Origin: Harriotta raleighana
Lineage: Eukaryota
DNA: 64,000 nt
Reading direction: 5' to 3'
Assembly (NCBI GenBank): GCA_050575255.1
Contig: JBNZDD010013726.1
Span: 1,900,409 to 1,964,408, forward strand
Shown one piece after another: positions 52,701-62,362 of the stretch (positions are counted from its first letter, which is position 1; each line of letters opens with the position of its first letter). A model generated the notes under the pieces. The model was not told the origin of the DNA, made no database searches, and saw only the letters and a list, made by a program, of their open reading frames with translations. Position numbers and translations under genes: made by a program.

Positions 52701-54081
52701 AGTTCTCCTTGCAGGTAAACAGCCATTTTGGTGAACATGTCCTTACAGAGTTCATTAACGTCTGGTTCAGATGGCTCTGTGGCTTCTTCTGCTGTTTCCA
52801 CGCCGGCATCATCTAACATGAGAGGAGAATATTTTTTAAATTTAGTGCTAAACGTTATCCAATCTCAGCTCCTGATACTTTAGTGAGTCATTTTTTCTTG
52901 GTCAGCCAACACATGCGAAAACATATCACTATGCTTAAAGGGTATCCAAAACAAACTGAAAAATCCATGCATCCCACCTATACATGGAAATTCCAGAGAT
53001 AAGATTGTTTGAAATGGAATACACACTCTCTCCCTGATTATCTAATTCCAGAAAGTATTAGATAGCGGTTGGCATAAGGCAATGCAGTGTCGGGGTACCT
53101 GCTGGAGTCTGACCAGCTAAAGTTGTATCTTACAATAAAGAAAACTGCACTGGGGACAACTGGATTCCCTCCCAGTGACTGACTGGTCTGTGCAGTTAAC
53201 AGATATCACCTGGACCAATAACTCTTGAGTGGCAAATGAAGGGGAGAGGTTGTTAAAATCAGACGAGATTACCACTCGTCATTTCTACCCAGAAGTTTGA
53301 AGGCACACGTCAATGTGGATAAGAATCGCCTGTGATTCTTCCCTTCCCCCAAAATACAGACTCCAACGAATATACGCGCACACATATTATATTATTTATT
53401 ATATTACTAATACATGTATATACATACACACGTACATATTCCCAAAGTCGTGATATCTTTACAATGTCGAATCAGTCTTAAATAAATAATATATTTGAGG
53501 AGTTATTTTTTTTAAAAAAGGGTGGATATCCCGACTNNNNNNNNNNNNNNNNNNNNNNNNNNNNNNNNNNNNNNNNNNNNNNNNNNNNNNNNNNNNNNNN
53601 NNNNNNNNNNNNNNNNNNNNNNNNNNNNNNNNNNNNNNNNNNNNNNNNNNNNNNNNNNNNNNNNNNNNNNNNNNNNNNNNNNNTTTGGATGCTCCCATTA
53701 AACACGAGGCTGCGCTGACCCGTGACCAAGACAATACCACGACGAAGGAAATTACAACGGTCAAAAGACAACTTAAACCTTGAAAAGTGACAAGGGGGGC
53801 GGCTCAGACAGCACAGCACGGGGTCTGGCCGCGGTGAGGCCTTCAATAAAGAGTGGAACTGAACAACCTCCCCCGACCCCCAACCGCGGGTCAGCCCCCC
53901 CAATCGCCCCCCAGCCTCCTGCACCTGTCTTTTTAGTCGTTCCCCCCGGAGCCTGGTAGCTTTCTCCCGAGGCCGAGTCTATAGTTTCCTGCGGTGACGG
54001 AGCACTAGCTGCGGTGGAGCTGCCGGGCCCAGGCGGCCCGGGTTCGCCCGTTATCCGCTCGCACTCGGTGCTCTCCGCCAT
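49780..54081 (-). CDS. BLOC1S2: BLOC-1 subunit 2 (BLOS2), complete; coding exons 53925-54081, 52696-52812, 52052-52171, 50652-50756, 49780-49811 (176 aa)
   Basis: Spliced protein ...[124 protein letters not shown] matches BLOC1S2; GT-AG junctions, all phase 1. Confidence 0.97.
50997..52017 (+). repeat. Identical 55-bp direct repeat (50997-51051 and 51963-52017)
   Basis: ATTTAACTGATGACCTAAAGCCTATCTGGGACGGACTCAATATTATCCTGGAGGA occurs twice. Confidence 0.9.
53537..53683. other. Assembly gap (N run) in BLOC1S2 intron 1
   Basis: Run of Ns. Confidence 0.99.
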
Positions 54082-54290
54082 TTTGCCCCGGCGCCGCTGA
54101 CAGCCTGACGGTCACATGACACAGTCGCTAGAGCCGACCTATCAGAGCCCAGGCATTTGGGGGATCACGTGGCGAGCAACCTGCTGCGGTTTTTCTCTCG
54201 TCGCCCGTCAATCAACCGCTCCAGGTTCCAATCACACACACACATCTGTACCACATCTGTCTATAGCAAACACGGCGAGGTGGGGGGCGA
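53700..54290 (-). promoter_or_regulatory. CpG-island promoter of BLOC1S2 with YY1, E-box/CLEAR and CCAAT motifs
   Basis: Clear GC/CpG enrichment; AAAATGGCGG (YY1) over the start codon; GTCACATGAC at 54111-54120; TCACGTG at 54165-54171; CCAAT at 54228-54232. Confidence 0.8.
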
Positions 54291-54659
54291 CTAACATTTC
54301 ATCTCATTAAAATGACACTAAAGGATGAATATCCTACCACTGTGGTTCAGCATCAGTCTTATGGTAAAGTGCATTATTGTTACCAATTATACTGTAAATG
54401 GCATTACTCTTGCAATTAGGCAGTTCTGGAAGATTGACTGTCCAGCACCTTGGGGCTTCCTTCAGCCAAGGCGCTATACAAGTGTCATGTTGTTGTTGTA
54501 AAGCTTTTCTTTATAACTTCCTCTGAAATCACTGACACTGCAATAACTCCCCAACCGACCGTCAACATCACCCCACACTCAAGTCATGAATAGTGTTCCA
54601 ATCTTACTACTATGGCAGTAAACAAACCAATAGTGGCCAACGTTACTTTATGGAACTAA

Positions 54660-54820
54660 AAAATACTTGCATTTGATATAGCGCTTTCCACATCTTTTAG
54701 ACATCTCAAGGCACTTCACAGTAAACTGACTGTATATTTGTGGCATAAACACAGCAGCCAATTAAGCACAGCAGAGTGCATTAAAATAAATTACCAATTT
54801 TTTTTCTTGAGGGATTCTTA
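54660..54820 (-). mobile_element. Degraded SINE 3' half
   Basis: CTTGCATTTGATATAGCGCTTT..GACTGTATATTTGTGG..GCAGCCAATT. Confidence 0.7.
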
Positions 54821-55064
54821 TCTAATTTATCTAAAGCTTCTGATTTAATTCAGGTTTGACATCAATGTTCACCTCCACCCCACTACTCATTTTTATATAT
54901 AATTCCTGACTAGGTCAAACTTTTTTTTTCCCTGAATGTTTCAATCACACTACTATGGAAATTGAGGTCGATGGTCAAAATGATCTAAATCACGAATGGA
55001 ATTTCAGATCATGCAGAAGAAAAAAAAGTATGAATTAATTATCTTTTGAAGTATCAATCATGCA

Positions 55065-55431
55065 GCTTGAAACATGTACAAACGCTTTTATTCGAATCAC
55101 GCAGAAGGAGTTACAAATGGAAATATTTCACAGAACTCATACACCAAAATAAATTCCCCTTACATCTGCCACACTGATACACAATGTGCTCACCAGTAAA
55201 ACTATGGTGGTACATTAAATTAGGTTAAAAACTCACAACAAGACATTTGTCCCCTTTACAAAAAAAACACCCAAGTATCACTTGGGTTTAAAAGGAAAAA
55301 AAACAAAGAAAACATTAAAAAGTCCACCAGATCCAATACTGTCTCCAATGTAAAAAAAAATGTGACAGGTTTCTTCATTTCAGAAAGGATTTCAAGGGTG
55401 ACATTTCTCTCATTAAAATGATCGATGTAGC
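55065..55431 (-). other. Terminal 3'-UTR exon of the hnRNP D-family gene
   Basis: Acceptor ttctgttttccag|GCT at 55431; U-rich UTR; AATAAA on the minus strand at 55087-55092; upstream donor AAG|gtaag at 57666, 35 nt after the stop. Confidence 0.7.
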
Positions 55432-56055
55432 CTGGAAAACAGAATGAACAATAACACGGTTAAGATATTCTCCCTTCAAAACACACACACTAACTGTGTG
55501 AAGTACTGGGCTGTCCGAGACATGTTTAATCTTTTATCAATATTGATTAATGGAAAATTAGTTTGAAGAGCAGACTATGCTTTGATTGGTTGGTAGCATC
55601 TTCAAGGAATTATCCAAGTCCTCCATGCTCTTGGACCCAGCCTTCAGTTTCTTAATCCAACTGCATTTATAAATATATATATTTCACACACTGCAGATGC
55701 TGCAAGAATATATAATTCCATTATCTTTAAAACTGTCCATTACAAACATGAGTCACACATCACTATTGAGCTATAGAAAGAAAAAGCAAGCATTATTTAG
55801 CAATTGGTAGTTCATTATCCAATTACACTTTTAAAAGAAAGCACATATTGTAAGAACAGCTTTATCCATTGAAGAAACAGGAGATCATGGCTATATTACC
55901 ACTTAACTTGAGCCTGTAAAGAAAATAGGACTATATAATTTTTTATTTAAAAAAGGAAAAACAATGTCTGCGTGAATGAAAGTGTATAATTAGAAGTTTT
56001 TTTTAAAAAACGGTCTAATCTTTATGGTGAGACAGAAGGTTGGAAGAGACCATAC

Positions 56056-56141
56056 CACTGGGCATCTCGAATTCTGTCCATAATGTGCAGGCTTGTGCGA
56101 ATCGTGTGGTCATGGTGACATGGCCTGCAATGAAGTTCCCA
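56056..56141 (-). other. Non-coding 3'-UTR poison (NMD) cassette exon of the hnRNP D-family gene
   Basis: tttgtacctgccag|TGGGAACTTCATTGCAGGCC...CGAGATGCCCAGTG|gtatggtctcttcc; closely resembles the recalled HNRNPD exon 9 / HNRNPDL exon 8 poison exon. Confidence 0.85.
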
Positions 56142-57700
56142 CTGGCAGGTACAAACATAACGGTACAAGTCAGAATTATACTGGTAGAATTCTTATCAGG
56201 TTGATGCTCTGATGTTTTTAAATCCCATTAAGGTACATTACCTGAGATCTTTTACTCATTACTTGTTCAAACAGGACTAGGTTATCCTTACATAATTTAT
56301 GCAAAATTCAAAAGAAAAGGTAAAATGGGAATAAAGAGTAAAATTAGTTATACCTAGATTTAATATACTTACAGTAAAATAGTATATTAGCTGGATAAAC
56401 ATGTAATAAATAAATGAATTTAAATTACTAAACAAAAATTTAAAGAGCTAGTTCAAGGACAGAATTTCAAAAATATATGCAGTCATTTAGACAAATCACT
56501 GAGTAACTTTCATTCCGTGATTAAGAAACTTATCATCATCTTCAGAAGTATGTAATTTAGGTTAGTTTGAGAAATAGAAATGACACTTTCCACCTCAGTC
56601 TTCTGATCATTATATTCTGCTCTGATGAATAACAGACATGGGATGAAATTTGAGATATTCTGTATTACCTAGGCTCCAGCATTTATGTTATTGGATCAAT
56701 TTAACATATGGTGTAAATTATTTGCACCACCACTTATACGATCTTATTTGGGGGAAAAACAGAGGGACATCAGCAACCAGACAATCTGACAAAGTGAAAA
56801 TGGGGAACCAAGTTCAAAGACTCACTTCGCCATCCAAGAATTCAGATACTCCGTGGGGAAAAAATTCAATACAGATTTATTCAAACTGTATCTAGGGAGA
56901 TACTTTAATATTACACTAAGTAAAGATATGATGAATTAAACTATTGCTTCATCTCAAGTTTTTTTTAAAAAAGGCCTTAAATAATCTGTGATGTGATATT
57001 ACATGCTTCCACATCAAAACATTTTATTTGAAAAAGTACGGTATGGTGTGTCAATATATGTATTGGTTGTAGGATTTATCCCACTGTACATTGCATTATG
57101 CTACATGCAAGGGTAAACTAGGTCCACATCGACATCCACACCACCACTTATACGGTATTGAAATCCAGTAACATTTCAATATTTTGTATCATAGGTGTTG
57201 GTGGAATCAAGAAATGTAAATAGCAAATTAAAAATTCATGAAAGTTAATTGAAAGATGGTTACCCTCATCCATATCTTTAAAGGTAATGAATGAATGGGT
57301 GACTATAGGTTTATTCAAACCAACATCCATATCAGCAGTAGAAAATTTGCACTACAAAATGCACCAACAGATTTAGTATATTATTTAGCTCAGCATCACA
57401 AAGTACATTTTAAGCAAGTAATAAAGAAAGTTTGTCTAATGAAAACTACTTTTTTTAAAAATTTGTGATGATTAAAATCCAGCTACTATAAGCTGATTTT
57501 ATGATGTGCCTCCCATTGAAGACAGACATTTTCATATATGTCAGAGTTAGTAGCCCATGTAAGGGAAATTTGAATAACATTTCACGTAAACTAAAAAAAA
57601 GAACTAGCTCTTTAATTATAAAATGTGCAAATTTACCTGAAAGACCAGTGAAACATACATCTTACCTTGTTTATGAAGAGCTTCACAATAGCCAGGCCAT

Positions 57701-60700
57701 TTAATAAGGCCTATACTGAGTTTGTGTACCACCTCCCCTTCTTGGAGCTTTACCATAACTGCCTGGTTGATCTGAAAGTAAAATTTGTCAGCATAAAATA
57801 CATTTTCGATTCTCAGTCGTAAATCACCATATGAAAATATGGCTTTGAATGCTCTTCTGGCATACAAGTGCATTTGTACCTACACGGTAACAGATAATAC
57901 ACAAAAAAACTTTGCCAGTCCAGGCTAATTAGTTCCTGAAACTTATGCATGTAAATGTACATTTCTGACACAGTGGTACTTTTCAAGTGATAGATCACAG
58001 TATTTTGAACTCTCTCTCTCTCTCATCACAAGGTATGGGATAATTAAAGTATCCCTAATTTTGAATACAGGTCATTCAAGAAAGCAACTAATGTTAGATT
58101 AGTTACCCAAGGATAATTTGCTCTTTGAAACTGCCCTACACTGTACCAGGGTTTGAATGGCTTATTGTTTGCAGATAATGCCAAACTGCTCTTTCAAATA
58201 TAAAGGTAAATGACAAATGCAGGAAATGGGAAATAAATTTTTGGAAATCCAAACACTTGCATATTCGTCCAAAAAATTAAGAATTTTAAAATAATTGAAA
58301 GCAAGCTAATGATGCTCCAATAGTAAAATGGTGTGAAGAAGAACTGTTCAGGTATATTAAATTTGTAAATAAATCTGTCAGGTCACTTGTTCCTGGAATT
58401 TCTTCAATTTACAAATGAGAAAAGGGTTTTGGCATATAAAACTTACTGTTATAATCACCATATCCTTGTCCATACCCATAATAGCCATAGTTGTATGCTG
58501 GGTAGTCATAGCCGCTATACCCACCATAACCCTGGCCATAGCCATAGCTATAGTTTCCATAACTTGGGTTCCAATAGTTACTGTTGTAGCTTTGGTTCCA
58601 GTTTTGGCTTTGTCCTAGTCAGGAGAGCAAAGAAAACAAATGTATTTAAAAATTTGGATTAAAAAATGATTTATAGCTAGTTTGTAAAGGAGGAGACAAA
58701 GTTGTCTTTAATATGTAAAAGAAAATGGAGCAGTCAAGTCAAAATACAAGTCCCTTGTGGTAATGATTAAAATAAATGTTCATGGATATTTTCAGACCTA
58801 GATGCAATTTACAGAACAACGCAAAAGAAGGCAAAATATGCAGCAACACTGGTGCATGGGAGTATTCTTGCCACTGCTGCAGCTGGTAAGGGATACCATC
58901 AAGGGAAAAAAAAAACCAGAAAGGAAAAAGAAAAATGCTAAGTTTCCTATCAGAGAGTCAACCAAGAAAAGTACCTTATCAAGTGGCTGTTCTGCACGTA
59001 CACTCCAAGCAAACAACTGTGGACAAGTTAACCAACCTTGTGGGTATCGCTGTGAATCAATCCAAAGCCCACTTTCCACACAAAAAACACTGGATAGCAA
59101 ACAGGAACAAGGAAGGAATTCCCCGCTTCCCAGCAAGGAGGAACTGAAGCCAACTACAATGTCCCCATAAACTTTATTTGCCCAATTTGAACAAAAACCA
59201 TTACTATTGCTTCCTACCTTTTGATCCATCATATCCCTTGCTGCTTAATATGTTTGAAAAATAAAAGTTCTTTGCAGAATTGAATCATTTAACTATGGTT
59301 TCCAATTCCAGGAATTTGTCCAAATATACGTTTAAGTTGGTAGTTTCTTAAATATGCAAGTAGCATTTTCAGCATTAGGGTTCCTCACCTTGAGCAATGA
59401 TTCTTCCCCCGGCCCCCCACCCCCCAAAATACCCACCAAAAAGTGCTCTATAAACATAACTATAAAATGATTTGATATTTTAAATGTACTGAGACTGTTT
59501 AAAGGTTTCAATCATTTATAGCAATTTCAATACTGAATAAATTCAGTCAAATTAATCATTCAAATATCCCTTCTTTAAATACAACTTAGTAGTAGTTGCT
59601 CAATAGATACTGACATGGGTGAAAATGTACATGTGGATACTGGCGAGATGACTTCTACAAAGCTCACCAATTACCATTACAACAAAGAATTGTATCCCAA
59701 AATAAGCAGCCCTGGATAATTTACTTTATTACATTGTTACATTAAATAATGTCTGAACATTTGGTTAGAATATCCCAAACACAGTACCTCCTCTACCTCT
59801 TCCTCTACCAGAGAATCCACCTCGGCCTCCCCATTGCTGTTGCTGGTATACCTCCTTGGGCTGGGCCAGTTTGATTTCAACCTTTGGGGAAAATGTATCG
59901 AAATACAAGCTTTACTTATGTGGCAAATCAAATTAAATGAAAATACAAATCGTTAATATTCTAAAAGATTTGAATAGCTAAACTAGAAATATTTCTAATT
60001 TTTTTAGGAGGACCCCCAAAAAGTTTGGGATAAATGCCATACACCTCGAAGCTTTCCACAACCACATTTGTACCTTGCTTGTACCAACATCATGGAACTT
60101 CTTTTCCATAATCGCCTTCACTGGATTCTCATCTTTAAATGTTATGAAACAGAAACCTCTTCTCTTGTTGGTCTTCGTGTCCATTGGAAGCTCAATAGAT
60201 TCAATCTATTAAATCAAACAAAACCACTGTTAAGTAATTTTTTTCAAATTCCCTGGAAAGACGTGTGTAGCTTCACAATAACTTCATTTTGAAGCTACAT
60301 ACATACCCTCAAGGTTTAAATAACTGCAAAGGGTTTTTTAAAAATTCAATTAACTATATACAGTAAAAGCCCATTTATCCATGACTCGATGAACTGGAAA
60401 ACCAGTTGAACCGGCACCTCAAAAAAAATCCCAATTTGATAAACCGAATGTTATCCGGCAGAATAGTGCTGATGCATTTAATGAATCGATTGTCACACAC
60501 AAGTACTGGGCAGGTATATCGGCTGGCCGCTAGTGGAGCCTAAAGTCACACTACTGCCATTTTTTAAAAGTTGCGCTACTGCCATTTTTTTCCCTCCGTG
60601 GGGGCCATCATTGCAGAAGTTAAGTAGAAATAATAAAGTACTAATACAATATTCTGTTATTATAGTATCTGTTATTACTGTATTTAGTCTATTATTTAGA

Positions 60701-62362
60701 TAGTAGTGTACAACATTTACACGTAACCATACAATATTCTGTTATTATCTGTTATTATTTAGTCTATTATTAATATGGTATGTGTTAAAATAATTTTCAA
60801 TTAAAAACAATTCTTTAAAAAACCGTTCAACCGGAAAGCCGTTTAACCGGGACTGGCCGGTCCCATGGGTGCAGGATAAACAAGCTTTGACTGTAGTGTG
60901 AATTTGTTATTCCAGCTCAGGTTCTGGAACATTCCATTATTCAGCAAGGTGTTCAGAAACACTTAAATACAAGGGAAAAAATAAGGGGAAAAAATTAATG
61001 TATTGATGTCTTCAACACAAGAGATGATCCAAGGTCTGGGACTTTCAAGGAACTTAAAGGTTAGCTGTTGTTTATATGTTTCTAAGAAAAATAATGAGTA
61101 TCCTAATACAGTAAAACCTTGTTTATCCAGCACCCAAGGGACCTGGCCAGTGGAGGTTAAACAGTTTTTCCAGTTGAATGGATTTTTTAAAAACATTTTT
61201 TTTTTAAAAATTAACATTTTAAATTATTTTAACATTATTAATAATAGACTAAATAACAGAATATTGCATTACTACTTTATTTATACTTAATTTTGTAATC
61301 ACAGCCCTCACCCAACCTATTTTAGGTCAAATGGACCAAAGTAGCAACTTCTGTGTTGTAAGTTGTAATGCTTTATAGGTTAGACAAGCATCACTATGCG
61401 TGAGATTCCATTAACAGATAATAACGACCGAGGTAAAAAAAAAAGCGACTTTTAAAGGAAGCAGGAGCGATCTCTCTCTCCCTCTCTGTGTATGTGTCTC
61501 TNNNNNNNNNNNNNNNNNNNNNNNNNNNNNNNNNNNNNNNNNNNNNNNNNNNNNNNNNNNNNNNNNNNNNNNNNNNNNNNNNNNNNNNNNNNNNNNNNNN
61601 NNNNNNNNNNNNNNNNNNNNNNNNNNNNNNNNNTCTCTCTGTCCCTTTGGGTGTATATATGTGTGTGTTTCTCTCTCTTTCACTCTCTCTGTCTGTGTAT
61701 CTCTGTCTCTGTGTGTCTGTATGTGTCTCCCTCCCTCTGTATCTGAGTGTGACTCTCTCTCTCTGTGTATCTGAGTGTGTGTCTCTCTCTGTGTATCCGA
61801 GTGTGTGTCTCTCTCTCTGTATGTGTATCTCTCTGTGTCTGTGTGTCTCTCTATCCGTTTCTGTGTGTCTCTCTCCATCTGTGTGTTTGTGTGTTCCACT
61901 CTTTCACCTGTAATTGGCTGCTGCCCAAGGCTCTGAGGATCTCACCAGTTTATACCTGCCTAGTGGCCAGCCGCAAGTACTGCACTCGCGAATACTGCAC
62001 TCGCTTGCGACCGTCCATTCATTAAACGCATCATCGTTATTTGCTGGACAACTTCCGGTTAATTGAATCGGGACTTTTTTTTTTGAGGTGGCGGTTGAAT
62101 GAGTTTTCCAGTTCATTGAGTCATGGATAAACAAGATTTTACTGTAAATTGAAATATATATATATATGTATAGATTGACAAAATCATTGCAACAATTTAC
62201 CTCTCCAAACGTCCCAAAATAGTTCCTCACTTTTTCCTCTGGACAGTCGGGGTCCAAACCACCAACAAAGATCTTTTTGATTGGTTCCTTTCCTTTCATA
62301 GCTTGAGCTCTCTTCGGATCAATAACTCTCCCATCAAGTTTGTGCTCTTTATATTTCAATAC
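57701..62362 (-). CDS. hnRNP D (AUF1)/DL/AB-family RNA-binding protein, 3' part; coding exons 62201-62362, 60074-60205, 59788-59881, 58447-58614, 57701-57771 (5' exons beyond the window)
   Basis: [27 protein letters not shown] (RNP2)..RRGFCFITF (RNP1)..[19 protein letters not shown] (RGG)..Y/G-rich region..[18 protein letters not shown] (PY-NLS); exon structure typical of HNRNPD/DL/AB; exact orthology unresolved. Confidence 0.95.
60361..60893. mobile_element. MITE copy in an hnRNP intron
   Basis: TA|CAGTAAAAGCCCATTTATCC...GGATAAACAAGCTTTGACTG|TA. Confidence 0.85.
61109..62144. mobile_element. MITE copy, inverted relative to 60361-60893, expanded by a CT/GT microsatellite and an assembly gap
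   Basis: TA|CAGTAAAACCTTGTTTATCC...GGATAAACAAGATTTTACTG|TA. Confidence 0.82.
61470..61905. repeat. (CT)n/(GT)n compound microsatellite with an N gap at 61502-61633
   Basis: Direct observation. Confidence 0.9.

Noticed and set aside
53773-53924. C-terminal half of the 102-aa ORF starting at 54081
   Set aside because: Intron read-through after the ACAG|GTGCAG donor at 53925; BLOC1S2 continues at 52812.
58798-59232. Overlapping 144-aa and 122-aa ORFs on both strands
   Set aside because: No recognisable protein features; they lie inside an hnRNP intron and are probably chance ORFs (a possible non-coding role is listed under findings).
61411-62025. Several overlapping ORFs rich in ER/TH/SL/CV
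   Set aside because: Microsatellite and N-gap artefacts inside a MITE.
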